This document shows, in pieces, positions 18,201-28,349 of a stretch of DNA of 64,000 nucleotides (the stretch's first letter is position 1; the number at the start of each line of letters is the position of its first letter). This DNA is from an uncultured Gammaproteobacteria bacterium (lineage in GTDB: Bacteria > Patescibacteriota > Microgenomatia > PFEM01 > JAPLYW01), in NCBI GenBank assembly GCA_965230945.1, contig OZ246397.1:374284-438283 (forward strand), read 5' to 3'. Both the position numbers and the translations under genes were made by a program. The notes under the pieces were generated by a model. It did no database searches and was not told the origin of the DNA. It saw only the letters and a list, made by a program, of their open reading frames with translations.

Positions 18201-20006
18201 GTGCAAGATAGATGCTATACTTATTTAAAGATGTTAAGGCTTTTTCGTTGCTCTCCATTTAAATGGTTTAGTTTATTTTTAATTGTCTTATTTGTATTTT
18301 TGTTGTTTTATCCCTTTAATTTTGTCGATGCTGTTTGTGAAGTTCCCGACAGTAATGATATTAATATTCTTCAACAAGCTAAAGAAGAATGCCAGAAAGA
18401 AATTGATGCACGGATGGGTGCTCACGAAAAGAATAAACAAACTTTGGCTGATCTAGAGGAGAATCTGGATAAAACAAAAAAGTTGATTAAAAAGATAAGT
18501 ATCCAAATTTTAACTTTAGATGAAAAAATTTCTAAACAAGAGACAGATTTAGATTATCAGGAAGAACTATTAGCAGTAAGAGTGCGTAGTTATTACAAGA
18601 AAAGCCGCCTTTATTCTCCTTTCCTAATTCTTTTAGCTTCTTCTTCCGCCAATGATTTATTTAGAGAACTTTCTTATCGTAAATCAGCTACTGATAGGGA
18701 TAAAGAAATAATTATTAAAATATCACAAGCATTGAAAGAATTAAATGAAGACAAAGAGAAATTAAAAGAAAGTAAAAAATGGATTGCGATGGCAGAGGTA
18801 AAATTGGAGAGAGATACTCTTTCTTTACGTGGAGAAGTTGAGGAGGTAGAATCCTATTTTACTCAAATTTCCGGTAAAATTGCTGAACTAAGTGCCAAGC
18901 AGCAGGCTTTGTTGTCAGAAAAGGCAGGTACTTTTCAAACTACTGTTGGCGATGTGCCTTTGGCCGATGATCCGGCTTCTCGACCTGATTATAATCCTGG
19001 TTTTTCTCCGGCTTTTGCCGCTTTTTCTTTTGGAGCCCCTCACCGAAAAGGAATGAGCCAGTATGGCGCTTTGGGTCGGGCTCAAGCAGGTCAAAATGCG
19101 GAAACAATTCTAAAGGCTTATTATGGAGATGTTCGTATTGAACATCGTGGTTTACCTGAGACGATTGCCACCACCATTGGCACTTTGAATTTTGAGGATA
19201 ATTATTTGAGGGGGATAGCGGAAATGCCCTCTTCTTGGGCTGATAAAGGTGGTTATGAAGCTTTAAAAGCTCAAGCTATTGCCGCTCGTAGTTATGCGAT
19301 CAGGGCCGGTAAGCCCATTTGCGTGACAGAGTCTTGTCAGGTTTACCTTTCTAGTAAGGTTACTAATCCAGCTGCCGCTAAATGGCATCAAGCAGTTTCT
19401 GATACTCGGGGGATAGTAGTTGTTTCTAACCAAAGCAACGATGTTGTTTCTACTTGGTATGCTTCAACTGCCGGCGGTTATCTTTATTCTTATAGCAGTG
19501 TCGGTCACACGACCCCAGGAATTTGGGATACCGCTTGTGGTAATCAGGGCTGCTGGACATCTGAAGCCTGGGGGAAAAAGGCTGACTCGCCTTGGTTTTA
19601 CAAAGGTTGGTATAAATCAAGAAGTGGGGCTACTTGTGGCCGTTCTCATCCCTGGTTAAATCAACAAGAGATGGCTGATATTCTCAATGCCGTTTTGGTT
19701 TATCGTTCCGGACAGGGAACAGAGCATATTTTGCCGGTAGATTATGTTTCTTGTTTTGGTTCAAGTGGTGATCCTTGGTCAATAGATCAAATGAAAAATG
19801 AAGCTAATAGTCGTGGTGGAGCCTTTAGTTCTATAAATGGGGTGAGTGTTAGTTATGGTACTGATGGAAAAACAGCCAAAATTAACTTTAGTACTGATCG
19901 AGGTTCTTTTGAAGTAGGTGGTGAAGAATTTAAAACGGTTTTTAATTTAAGAGCTCCGGCGAGGATTGCTTTGAAGTCAAAACTGTTTAATATTGAACAG
20001 AAATGA
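18201..20006 (+). CDS. SpoIID/LytB-domain cell-wall hydrolase with N-terminal coiled coil
   Basis: Signal peptide, coiled coil, HRKGMSQYGA, YLRGIAEMPSSW..EALKAQAIAARSY. Confidence 0.88.
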   Translation: MQDRCYTYLKMLRLFRCSPFKWFSLFLIVLFVFLLFYPFNFVDAVCEVPDSNDINILQQAKEECQKEIDARMGAHEKNKQTLADLEENLDKTKKLIKKISIQILTLDEKISKQETDLDYQEELLAVRVRSYYKKSRLYSPFLILLASSSANDLFRELSYRKSATDRDKEIIIKISQALKELNEDKEKLKESKKWIAMAEVKLERDTLSLRGEVEEVESYFTQISGKIAELSAKQQALLSEKAGTFQTTVGDVPLADDPASRPDYNPGFSPAFAAFSFGAPHRKGMSQYGALGRAQAGQNAETILKAYYGDVRIEHRGLPETIATTIGTLNFEDNYLRGIAEMPSSWADKGGYEALKAQAIAARSYAIRAGKPICVTESCQVYLSSKVTNPAAAKWHQAVSDTRGIVVVSNQSNDVVSTWYASTAGGYLYSYSSVGHTTPGIWDTACGNQGCWTSEAWGKKADSPWFYKGWYKSRSGATCGRSHPWLNQQEMADILNAVLVYRSGQGTEHILPVDYVSCFGSSGDPWSIDQMKNEANSRGGAFSSINGVSVSYGTDGKTAKINFSTDRGSFEVGGEEFKTVFNLRAPARIALKSKLFNIEQK

Positions 20007-20025
20007 TAAAATATTAGAGGAAAAG

Positions 20026-20685
20026 ATGCCAGATCTATTTGTTGCTCAGAATCATAAAGGAGCCAAGAGAGAGGAAAAGGAACTTATCAAGCCTGAAAAT
20101 AGAGAGGTCATAGAAGGCAAGGGGCCTAAAAGTGCCTTGGCGGCTTTTGCCATTCATCCCAAAAACATTCGCGCCGAAGTTCAGGATAGGGATGAAGAGA
20201 CAATCCTTTTTTTACGTCGTCATCTTATTACCAATGTCGGTTGGATGGTCTTGATCCTTGGTTTAATTATTGTTCCCATTATTGCCTTTAGTTTCTTTCC
20301 CCTTTCTTTTATTCCTCTTAATTTCCGGGTGATGGGGGTTATTGGTTGGTATTTACTTACTTTTGCTTTTGCCTTCGAGCGCTTTTTAAGCTGGCTTTTT
20401 AATGTTTATATTGTTACCGATGAGCGTATTATTGATATGAGTTTTGTTAATATTTTACATAAGGATGTCAGCGAAACCAAAATCGACCGTATTCAAGACA
20501 TTTCTTCTAAAACCAGTGGTTTTGTGAGATCCTTTTTTAGATTTGGTGATGTCCATATTCAAACAGCCGGATCCCTGCCTGAGATTTGTTTTGAAGCCGT
20601 GCCCTACCCAGCTAGTGTAACAGCAGTTTTAAATGATTTGATGATTCAAGAAGAGAAAGAAAAGTTGGAGGGAAGAGTCAAATGA
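20026..20685 (+). CDS. Bacterial PH-domain membrane protein
   Basis: LRRH, two TM helices, YIVTDERIID, IQDI, FGDVHIQTAG. Confidence 0.8.
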   Translation: MPDLFVAQNHKGAKREEKELIKPENREVIEGKGPKSALAAFAIHPKNIRAEVQDRDEETILFLRRHLITNVGWMVLILGLIIVPIIAFSFFPLSFIPLNFRVMGVIGWYLLTFAFAFERFLSWLFNVYIVTDERIIDMSFVNILHKDVSETKIDRIQDISSKTSGFVRSFFRFGDVHIQTAGSLPEICFEAVPYPASVTAVLNDLMIQEEKEKLEGRVK

Positions 20686-20927
20686 TACCCTTTGAAGAAT
20701 TTGTGCAAAATCTAGCTGCCTCAGGTCTTAATTTTTGGTTTTTAATTAAAACTCTTTTTATTATTGCTTTAAGTTTGTATTTGGCCTTTGCCGTTATTAT
20801 TGTCCGCCAGGTAAAGATAATGTTTGAGACCTTAAAAGGGATGTTGGATTGGCCGATAAAACTGGTAGCCTGGATTCATTTGGGGGTGGCCGTTTTTGTT
20901 TTTGTTTTGTCAATCGTCATTTTGTAA
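20682..20927 (+). CDS. Small membrane protein (DUF5657-like)
   Basis: YLAFAVIIVRQVKIM motif; overlaps the stop of the upstream gene. Confidence 0.65.
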   Translation: MIPFEEFVQNLAASGLNFWFLIKTLFIIALSLYLAFAVIIVRQVKIMFETLKGMLDWPIKLVAWIHLGVAVFVFVLSIVIL

Positions 20928-20930
20928 AGC

Positions 20931-22799
20931 ATGGATGATTTTCTGCTCCACTCAGCCAAGATTGTTAGCACGCCTACTAAAGAAAGCGGTTCCTGGATCC
21001 ATATCTTTTCTCCTCAGCAATTAGATCAAAAAGAGAAATTAGCCAAACGTGGCCAGCTTTTGGCGGTTATTAGTTTGAATAATTTTAAGACTGAAGGAGA
21101 GATTGCCGTTGTCGGTAAGGAGATTATTTCCCGACTCCAGGAAGAATATTACGGGGATTTATCGGAGTCGGCCTTTAAGCATTTACAAGCGTCGGTTAAT
21201 AAAATAGTTGCTGAAACGAAGGAGGAAAATTTTCTTTTAAGTATTGGTGCGGTGGTAATTTTAGGTGGGGTTTTGTATGCCGTTATTAACGATGGGGGAA
21301 AACTGGTTATCCATCGTCAAGGAGAGATCCATTCTATTTTAAGTGAGAAAGATGTTCTTAGTGGTTACCTTCAGCCGGGAGATAGCTTTTTATTAGGAAG
21401 CAGTGATTTTTTTAGATTAGTTGATGAAGAGAATCTGAAAAACGCCTTAAGAAATTCTCCTCAAGAAGGAGTCGAAATTTTAGCTCCCTTAGTTCATGAA
21501 CAACAAACGGGTGGAGCAGCGGCAGTTATCTTTAGAGTTTTTCAAAAACCCAAGGAGGAAGAAAAAGAACTTTCTTCCTCTGAGGTGGTAAGTGTTAGTA
21601 AAAAAACGAGTTCTTTTTCAGTCCTCTTCTCTAATATAAAAGATAAAATCTTTTCTTGTTTGGAATTGGGCATACGCCAGGTTAAAAAACGAGCTATTTA
21701 TTTAAAAACCAATAAGGAAAAATCTTTTCGTTCTCAAAAGAATTTAATGAGCGTGGCTTTGATTTTACTGGCTCTTTTGGCTGTCAGTGTCTTTTTTGGC
21801 ATGAGGCAAAGAGAAAAACTGGGGTTAAATAAGGAAGCCCAGGTTTTGTTTAAGCAAGCCCAGATGAAGAAAGAGGAGGGTGAAGCTCTCCTTAGTCTTA
21901 ATCCAGCCAAATCGAGACAGCTTTTATTGGAATCCAAAGATTTAATAGATCAGATGAATAAAGATCTTAAAAACCAACAATTTTTGCAGTTTAAGGAAGA
22001 GTTAGAAAAAGTTCTTTCAGAAATTTTGCAGGAACATGAAGTAACAGGAAAGCTGCTTTTTGATTTAGAAATAATTAAGGCAGAGGCTTTCGGAAATCGC
22101 TTATCGTTTCTCTCAGATAGACTGATTATCTTAGATAAGAAACAAAGTTCAGTTTATAGTTTAGGTATGCAGGGTGAAGGGTCGGTTATCCTGGCTGGGG
22201 GCGAGAAACTTAAAGAGGCGAATTTGCTGGCAGTGGCTGGAGAAAAGGCTTATGTTTTAGGTAAGGAAGGTATTTTAAAAGCTGGCAAAACCTCAGAACT
22301 TTTGTTGGAAAAAGATTCTCAGTGGTCAACGATTTTAGATATGAAAGGTTTTGCTAATAATCTTTATTTACTTGATGCTCAAGGTGAAATTTGGAAGTAT
22401 CCCTTTTTGGAAACAGAATTTGGCAGCAAGCAAAGGTGGTTAAAGGAAGCGGTTGATCTTAATAAAGCTTTGTCCATGACCATTGATGGATCGGTTTGGG
22501 TACTTTTAAGCGACGGGAATATCTTAAGATTTACCCAAGGCAGCTTGAATTATTTTAAAATTACCGGTTTGGAAAAAGATTTTTTCAATGCCAGCCTTAT
22601 TTACACTGATTTTGATGCCAAAAATCTTTATATCTTAGATAAGGGTAATTCAAGAGTCGTCGTTATTGATAAATCAGGAGAATACAAGGCTGAGTATCAT
22701 TGGTCAGAGATATCTCAGACCAATGACTTGCTTGTTTTAGAAGATGAAGGTAAAATCTTTCTTTTAATGGGAAGTAAGGTTTTTACCCTTAACTTATAA
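20931..22799 (+). CDS. Membrane protein with PP2C-like N-terminal fold and extracellular beta-propeller
   Basis: LQPGDSFLLGSSDF phosphatase-like segment, single TM, repeated LYLLD/LYILD propeller blades. Confidence 0.65.
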   Translation: MDDFLLHSAKIVSTPTKESGSWIHIFSPQQLDQKEKLAKRGQLLAVISLNNFKTEGEIAVVGKEIISRLQEEYYGDLSESAFKHLQASVNKIVAETKEENFLLSIGAVVILGGVLYAVINDGGKLVIHRQGEIHSILSEKDVLSGYLQPGDSFLLGSSDFFRLVDEENLKNALRNSPQEGVEILAPLVHEQQTGGAAAVIFRVFQKPKEEEKELSSSEVVSVSKKTSSFSVLFSNIKDKIFSCLELGIRQVKKRAIYLKTNKEKSFRSQKNLMSVALILLALLAVSVFFGMRQREKLGLNKEAQVLFKQAQMKKEEGEALLSLNPAKSRQLLLESKDLIDQMNKDLKNQQFLQFKEELEKVLSEILQEHEVTGKLLFDLEIIKAEAFGNRLSFLSDRLIILDKKQSSVYSLGMQGEGSVILAGGEKLKEANLLAVAGEKAYVLGKEGILKAGKTSELLLEKDSQWSTILDMKGFANNLYLLDAQGEIWKYPFLETEFGSKQRWLKEAVDLNKALSMTIDGSVWVLLSDGNILRFTQGSLNYFKITGLEKDFFNASLIYTDFDAKNLYILDKGNSRVVVIDKSGEYKAEYHWSEISQTNDLLVLEDEGKIFLLMGSKVFTLNL

Positions 22800-23233
22800 T
22801 GAAGATTGTTAACCGCAGAGCTCGCTTTCAGTATCAGATCATAGAGAAGTTTGAAGCCGGTCTTATTCTAACAGGAGCGGAAGTGAAATCTGTCAAAAGC
22901 GGACATTTTAAACTAGAAGAAGCCTTCGTGCGCATTAAAGATAATGAAGCCTGGCTTTACAATGCTCATATTCATCCTTATGCTTTTTCGGATAATAAAA
23001 AATATGACCCGAGAAGAGCAAGGAAGCTACTTTTGCATAAAAATCAGCTTTTAAAATTGGAGCAAAAATTAAACCGAAAAAACTTGACTGTGGTGCCTGT
23101 TTCGTGTTACACTAAGCACAATAAAATCAAGTTAGAGATAGCTTTGGCGAGAGGAAAAAAACAGTACGAAAAAAGAGAAGCCATCAAGAAAAAAGATTTA
23201 CAAAGAGAAATAAAGATAAAAATTAAATTATAA
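22799..23233 (+). CDS. smpB: SsrA-binding protein
   Basis: NRRARFQY, EAGLILTGAEVKS, RKLLLHK, GKKQYEKRE; adjacent to tmRNA. Confidence 0.97.
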   Translation: MKIVNRRARFQYQIIEKFEAGLILTGAEVKSVKSGHFKLEEAFVRIKDNEAWLYNAHIHPYAFSDNKKYDPRRARKLLLHKNQLLKLEQKLNRKNLTVVPVSCYTKHNKIKLEIALARGKKQYEKREAIKKKDLQREIKIKIKL

Positions 23234-23238
23234 TTTTT

Positions 23239-23583
23239 GGGGATGTAAGAATCGACGGAAAAGTTCTTTAAAAGACTGCAGGCCGAGAATGATACTGCTC
23301 GTTAAAGTGTATCGAAAACAATTGGCGTAAATAAAAACGCTCCTGTTTACGCATACGCTTAAACAGTGCCCATTTTCTTCTTTCTTGGTGGGATGAATGG
23401 GTATCAACAAAGCCAAGATGCGATCTTAATGTTTGATTCACATTAAGGTTTAAGCCTGAGAATCTTTACCTTAACTTTCCGGTCAACAGGATCAGGTTAA
23501 GGCGAGAATTAAAAGTTGACTAAGCTTGTAGAAGTTTTTTAATAATTTTTTCGGACCCCGTTTCATCGCGGGCATCTCCACCA
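23239..23583 (+). ncRNA. ssrA: tmRNA
   Basis: 5' GGGGATG pairs with 3' CATCTCC-A-CCA (G3.U70); tag frame GVNKNAPVYAYA* at 23324-23362; directly follows smpB. Confidence 0.93.
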
Positions 23584-23586
23584 AGA

Positions 23587-23614
23587 AACTGTCGGATTTA
23601 CCGGCAGTTTTTTT
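23587..23614 (+). terminator. Rho-independent terminator after ssrA
   Basis: ACTGTCGG-ATTTA-CCGGCAGT followed by a T run. Confidence 0.75.
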
Positions 23615-23615
23615 A

Positions 23616-24296
23616 TTGATTATGTTTTTACTTAATCTTTTGTTTCCTAAAATTTGCTTGGGTTGTGGCAAATGGGGCAACTATCTTTGCTCTGATTGTC
23701 AAAAAAAGATAAAACCAGTTGTTAATCAAATTTGTCCTCTTTGTCGTTTACCTAGTTTTAAAGGCAAAACCCATCCTGTTTGTCAGAAAAAAGAATCTTT
23801 AGATGGATTAATCTCTCTTTTTTATTACAGGGGTTTGATAAGAAAAGTAATTTCCAGATTAAAATATAGATTTGTTAAGGATTTAAAAGGGGAGTTGAGT
23901 AATCTTTTAATTAAAAATATATTTTTACAAAAACCTTCTTTTTTAAAAGATTCTTCTTTGATTTTAATTCCCGTGCCACTTCATAAAAAAAGGCAAAACT
24001 TTCGTGGTTTTAATCAAACAGAGATCTTAGGTCAGGATTTAGCTTTGTTTTTTAATTGGCAGTTTAAGCCTCGTTTATTAGAAAGAACAAGAAATATCTT
24101 ACCCCAGGTTTCTTTAAACAAAGAACAGAGAATAAGAAACATTAAAGGAGCTTTTGAAATTAATGGTTCGGTTAAAGGTTTAAATTTTTTAATTTTTGAT
24201 GATGTTTGGACGACTGGTTCCACTCTAAAAGAGATGGCTTTAGTTTTAAAGAAAAACAAGGCTAAAAAGGTCTGGGGGTTAACGATTTGCCGCTAA
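23616..24296 (+). CDS. comF: ComF-family competence protein (zinc ribbon + phosphoribosyltransferase fold)
   Basis: LFPKICLGC CxxC motifs, PVPLH..RGFNQ, IFDDVWTTGSTL. Confidence 0.92.
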   Translation: MIMFLLNLLFPKICLGCGKWGNYLCSDCQKKIKPVVNQICPLCRLPSFKGKTHPVCQKKESLDGLISLFYYRGLIRKVISRLKYRFVKDLKGELSNLLIKNIFLQKPSFLKDSSLILIPVPLHKKRQNFRGFNQTEILGQDLALFFNWQFKPRLLERTRNILPQVSLNKEQRIRNIKGAFEINGSVKGLNFLIFDDVWTTGSTLKEMALVLKKNKAKKVWGLTICR

Positions 24297-24317
24297 AAAT
24301 GTTATAATCAAGTTCAA

Positions 24318-24404
24318 GGAGGAGTCGCATAGTCGGTCCATTGCGGGAGTTTGCTAAATTCCTGAGCCGCAAGGCTCACGTGGGTTCGAATCCCACCTCC
24401 TCCG
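24318..24404 (+). tRNA. tRNA-Ser(GCT)
   Basis: Cloverleaf with GGAGGAG/CTCCTCC acceptor, TT-GCT-AA loop, long variable arm, TTCGAAT. Confidence 0.93.
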
Positions 24405-24416
24405 CTTAAAATTTGA

Positions 24417-24503
24417 GGTGGGATGCCGGAGCGGTTTAACGGCCCGGTCTTGAAAACCGAGGAGGGTGTAAATCCTACGTGAGTTCGAATCTCACTCCCA
24501 CCG
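24417..24503 (+). tRNA. tRNA-Ser(TGA)
   Basis: GGTGGGA/TCCCACC acceptor, CT-TGA-AA loop, long variable arm. Confidence 0.93.
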
Positions 24504-24530
24504 CTTCCATGTTATAATTAATTTGGAAAG

Positions 24531-25061
24531 ATGCCTGCTCAAAATAAAACCAGATCAAGTACATTAACAACAAAGGTAGAGCCATTGAAGGTATTACTTG
24601 AATGGCAGGCCTCATCTAGAGTTTTTAAAGAGAAAAGTAGAGAGGCAATTACTACCATTGGAGCCATTTTAATTTTGGTTGGTATCATCCTCATTTTTCT
24701 AAAGGAATGGTTTTTGATTGCCGTCATTATTGCCCTGGCTTTCTTTTTTTATATCTTAAGTACTGTTAAACCAGAAAAAATTACTCATCAAATTAGCAAT
24801 AAAGGAATAGTCACTGGCGGTAAGAATTATCCTTGGGAACAGCTTTTAAGGTTTTGGTTTGAAGATCAAGGAGGGCAAGTCATTCTTTATGTTGATGGTT
24901 TTGAGAGATTTGCTTTTCGCTTAATGCTCCTTTTGGATGACAAAAAACCTCAAGATTTAAAAAAGATTCTTGCCGATTATCTTCCGGAAGAAAAGCCACC
25001 GCAGAATTGGGCTGATAAAGCTGGCAGTTGGATTTCTGATCAGATTCCTTTAGGTAAATAA
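24531..25061 (+). CDS. Membrane protein (DUF5673-like)
   Basis: Two TM helices followed by GIVTGGKNYPWEQLLRFW. Confidence 0.65.
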   Translation: MPAQNKTRSSTLTTKVEPLKVLLEWQASSRVFKEKSREAITTIGAILILVGIILIFLKEWFLIAVIIALAFFFYILSTVKPEKITHQISNKGIVTGGKNYPWEQLLRFWFEDQGGQVILYVDGFERFAFRLMLLLDDKKPQDLKKILADYLPEEKPPQNWADKAGSWISDQIPLGK

Positions 25062-25064
25062 TTT

Positions 25065-25138
25065 GTACCCGTAGCTCAACGGATTAGAGCGCGGCCCTGC
25101 GGAGGCCGAGGTTAGAGGTTCGAGTCCTCTCGGGTACG
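25065..25138 (+). tRNA. tRNA-Arg(GCG)
   Basis: GTACCCG/CGGGTAC acceptor, CGGCC-CT-GCG-GA-GGCCG anticodon arm. Confidence 0.92.
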
Positions 25139-25157
25139 CACGTTTCTGCCATTTTAA

Positions 25158-25243
25158 GGAGGAGTGGCAGAGTGGTAATGCGATCGCCTCGAAAGCGATG
25201 GGGTTTTTAACCCTTGCAGGTTCGAATCCTGTCTCCTCCGCCA
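25158..25243 (+). tRNA. tRNA-Ser(CGA)
   Basis: ATCGC-CT-CGA-AA-GCGAT arm, long variable arm, encoded CCA. Confidence 0.93.
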
Positions 25244-25244
25244 A

Positions 25245-25317
25245 GCCCTTGTAGCTTAAAGGATAAAGCAGTGGCTTCCGGAGCCAAAGATTAGAGGTTC
25301 GAGTCCTCTCAGGGGTA
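25245..25317 (+). tRNA. tRNA-Arg(CCG)
   Basis: GCCCTTG/CAGGGGT acceptor, TT-CCG-GA loop, AGAGG-TTCGAGT-CCTCT T arm. Confidence 0.9.
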
Positions 25318-25325
25318 CTTAGAAG

Positions 25326-25775
25326 ATGGAAAAAACTAAAAAAGAACTTTTAGCTGGTGAAGTGGTTTTTAAAAGGATAGGGAAAGAGATTCTTTGGTTA
25401 CTAATTAAGTCTAAAGAAAATGATCAATGGTCTCTTTCTAAAGATTACCTTAAGGGAGTGGAAAGTTCAGTGGCCGCTGCCAAAAGAGGGGTTAAAGAAG
25501 AAGTAGGGATAGAGACAGAGATTTTAGAAAAAATAGGTAACGAAAACTATTTCTTTTATGAAAACAAGCAAAGGACTTTTAAAACCGTCATTTTTTATTT
25601 AATGAGGCATCTTGAGGATATCAAAGATGACTTTCACCGGGAGACAAAAAAGATTGGCTGGTTCCCTTATTTCAAGGCTAAAAAAAGATTGGCCCTTGAA
25701 AAAGAAAAAGAGATTTTAAAAAAGGCTAAAGAGATTTTAAGACAAAAGGAAAGGCAGTTAAGATTAACAAAATAG
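25326..25775 (+). CDS. NUDIX-fold hydrolase (degenerate Nudix box)
   Basis: WSLSKDYLKGVESSVAAAKRGVKEEVGI. Confidence 0.75.
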   Translation: MEKTKKELLAGEVVFKRIGKEILWLLIKSKENDQWSLSKDYLKGVESSVAAAKRGVKEEVGIETEILEKIGNENYFFYENKQRTFKTVIFYLMRHLEDIKDDFHRETKKIGWFPYFKAKKRLALEKEKEILKKAKEILRQKERQLRLTK

Positions 25776-25862
25776 GGAGGAGTCGCATAGCGGCCTAGTG
25801 CCCGTGCTTGGAAAGCGCTGGGGGATGAAAGTCCCACGTGGGTTCAAATCCCACCTCCTCCG
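25776..25862 (+). tRNA. tRNA-Ser(GGA)
   Basis: GGAGGAG/CTCCTCC acceptor, TT-GGA-AA loop, long variable arm, TTCAAAT. Confidence 0.9.
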
Positions 25863-25869
25863 CTCATAG

Positions 25870-26502
25870 ATGAATAAAGTTATTCGTTTACTGCTATTAG
25901 GTGATGTTGTCATTTTTACCGGCTTTGGTTTATCGGCGCCGGTTTTGGCTATTTTTATTGCCGATCGGTTGCCGGAAGGGAATATTTTTATGGTTGGTAT
26001 TGCCACCGCCTTGTACTTTATTATCAAGGCCTTTATTCAGGTTCCTTTTTCCCGCTATATAGATGCCCATGATGATATTAAAGCTTTGCGGTGGCTTTTA
26101 GCAGGTACTTTTTTAATGGTTATTGTTCCTTTTATTTATATGATTGCCAATCATGTTTATTGGATTTTTCTTGCTCAGATTATCTATGGAATTGGCCATG
26201 GTCTTTATTCTCCTTCCTGGCTAGGCTTATGGAGTGTTCATCTAGATGAAGGTCATGAGAGTTTCGAATGGAGTAGTGAGTCTGGTTTGGTTGGTTTAGG
26301 AGCGGCCATAACAGCTTTAATTGGGGCCGCTGTTGCCCAATATATTGGTTTTAGAATAACCTTTCTTTTGGCCGGTATTGTTTGTTTTATTGGCGGTTCA
26401 ATTTTAATTACCCTAAGTCACCAAAAAGTGAGAAGGGGCAAGCTAGTTAGTAAGCAATGGCTTTATTATTTTAAAAAAAAGTTGCTTCAGGGTAGAAATT
26501 AA
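25870..26502 (+). CDS. Half-size (6-TM) MFS-type transporter
   Basis: Six hydrophobic helices; GFGLSAPVLAIF and IFLAQIIYGIG motifs. Confidence 0.75.
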   Translation: MNKVIRLLLLGDVVIFTGFGLSAPVLAIFIADRLPEGNIFMVGIATALYFIIKAFIQVPFSRYIDAHDDIKALRWLLAGTFLMVIVPFIYMIANHVYWIFLAQIIYGIGHGLYSPSWLGLWSVHLDEGHESFEWSSESGLVGLGAAITALIGAAVAQYIGFRITFLLAGIVCFIGGSILITLSHQKVRRGKLVSKQWLYYFKKKLLQGRN

Positions 26503-26550
26503 TGCGTTTATTTTGCGGTAGATATGCGGTAAATATTTACAAGGAGTGTC

Positions 26551-28347
26551 ATGGACCAGCTAGAAGAGATTAAAAAAAGAATTGACATAGTTAACTTTAT
26601 CGGTCAATATTTAGATTTAAAAAAGGCGGGTAGGAATTTTAAAGCCATTTGCCCTTTCCATCAAGAAAAAACACCTTCTTTTATTGTTTCTCCTGAGCGT
26701 CAAATTTGGCATTGTTTTGGCCAATGTGGCGAAGGGGGAGATATTTTTGGTTTTTTAATGAAAATGGAGAATTTGGATTTTGCCGAAGCGGTTAAAGAAT
26801 TGGCCAAAAAAGCCGGTGTTAAATTAACTCAGTATCGACCTGCAGGCGGAGAAAGAAAAAAACAACTTTGGTACGAGATTAATCATTTGACAGCAGAATT
26901 TTATCATTATCTTTTAGTAAATCATCCAGTCGGTAAAAAAGCTTTGCATTATATTTTAGGTCGGGGAGTTAGTAAAGAGTCGATTAAACTTTTTAAAATT
27001 GGCTTTAGCCCAGATACTTGGCGGAATTTACAGGCTTTTTTAATTAGAAAGAAGCATTATTCGCCAGAAGACTTAGAAAAGACTGGTTTAATTATTAAAA
27101 GCGAATCAGGTAAATATTATGATCGTTTCCGGGGCCGATTAATTTTTCCCTTAAAAGATCATCGGGGTAATATTTGTGGTTTTTCAGGAAGAATTCTTAC
27201 TCAGGAAGCCAAAGAAGCCAAATATGTTAATACTCCCGAAACGCCTCTTTATCATAAATCTGATCTTTTGTATGGTCTTTTTGAAGCAAAAGAAGCCATT
27301 AAGGAAAAGGATCAAATTATTTTAGTAGAGGGCGAGCTTGATGTTATATCTTCTTATCAGGTGGGGGTTAAGAACGTGGTTGCCATCAAGGGTTCGGCTT
27401 TAACAGAAAGTCAGGTAAAATTATTGGAGAGGCTTACCAAAAACATTGTTTTTGCTTTAGATCAAGATGCCGCTGGTGATCAGGCTTCAAGAAGGGGGAT
27501 TGAGATTGCCGATAAAGCCGAGATGGATATCAATGTCGTTGAGCTTAAAAAAGGTAAAGATCCTGATGAACTGGCTCAGAAAAATCCTCATCTTTGGAAA
27601 AAACTTGTCAAAGAATCAGTGCCTGTTTATGACTACTTTATTAATTCAGCCCTCAATCGTTTCAAGCCAGAAACAATTGCTGGTAAAAGAAAAATCAGTC
27701 AAGAGTTAATACCCCTTTTAAGCAAAATTAATAATGAAATTATTCGTGCTCATTACGCTCGTTTATTAGCTGATAAATTAAAAGTTTCTCAAGAGTCAAT
27801 TTTAGAAGAAATGGCGAGATTAGAGAGCAGCCAGCGGCCAGAATACGAATCATCATCAGAAGAGCAAGATAAAGGAAGTAAAAAAAGCAGACGGGAAGTT
27901 CTGGAAGAATATCTTTTATCTTTGGCTTTTCATTCGGGTAATTGGCAGTTTTTGAAGAAGAGAAAAGTTGCTAGTTTGATTAAAACCTACCGTTTACAAA
28001 GAATTTTAGAAACTTTAAAGCGTTATTTTAAAAAGTACAAGACGATAGAGAGCGGTAGATTGGCGAAAATGCTTGACCCGGAGCTTTTAGACACCTTTGA
28101 TGCTTTTTATTTGGCTGACTTAGGAAATCTAACAGAAAGTGAAGAGAAATTAAACACTGAATTTGAAAAAACCTTAAAGAGACTGAAAAAGACGGATTTA
28201 TTAGAGAAATTAAAGTTAATTAGTGATAAAATAAAGATTCTAGAGAAGCAAGTTAAGCCTTCTTCCAAAGGACAGAAGAATTTAGATAAACTTTATATTG
28301 AATTTCGTGATTTTTCAGCTGAGTTAGCTGAGTTTGAGAAAGAATAA
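26551..28347 (+). CDS. dnaG: DNA primase
   Basis: [11 protein letters not shown] zinc finger, [37 protein letters not shown]. Confidence 0.97.
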   Translation: MDQLEEIKKRIDIVNFIGQYLDLKKAGRNFKAICPFHQEKTPSFIVSPERQIWHCFGQCGEGGDIFGFLMKMENLDFAEAVKELAKKAGVKLTQYRPAGGERKKQLWYEINHLTAEFYHYLLVNHPVGKKALHYILGRGVSKESIKLFKIGFSPDTWRNLQAFLIRKKHYSPEDLEKTGLIIKSESGKYYDRFRGRLIFPLKDHRGNICGFSGRILTQEAKEAKYVNTPETPLYHKSDLLYGLFEAKEAIKEKDQIILVEGELDVISSYQVGVKNVVAIKGSALTESQVKLLERLTKNIVFALDQDAAGDQASRRGIEIADKAEMDINVVELKKGKDPDELAQKNPHLWKKLVKESVPVYDYFINSALNRFKPETIAGKRKISQELIPLLSKINNEIIRAHYARLLADKLKVSQESILEEMARLESSQRPEYESSSEEQDKGSKKSRREVLEEYLLSLAFHSGNWQFLKKRKVASLIKTYRLQRILETLKRYFKKYKTIESGRLAKMLDPELLDTFDAFYLADLGNLTESEEKLNTEFEKTLKRLKKTDLLEKLKLISDKIKILEKQVKPSSKGQKNLDKLYIEFRDFSAELAEFEKE

Positions 28348-28349
28348 CG

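Noticed and set aside
23228-23680. Minus-strand ORFs 23228-23416 and 23492-23680
   Set aside because: Antisense shadows of tmRNA and comF
25050-26027. Minus-strand ORFs 25050-25244 and 25764-26027
   Set aside because: Antisense translations of tRNA genes (GFEP / WDLNP signatures) and of the MFS gene
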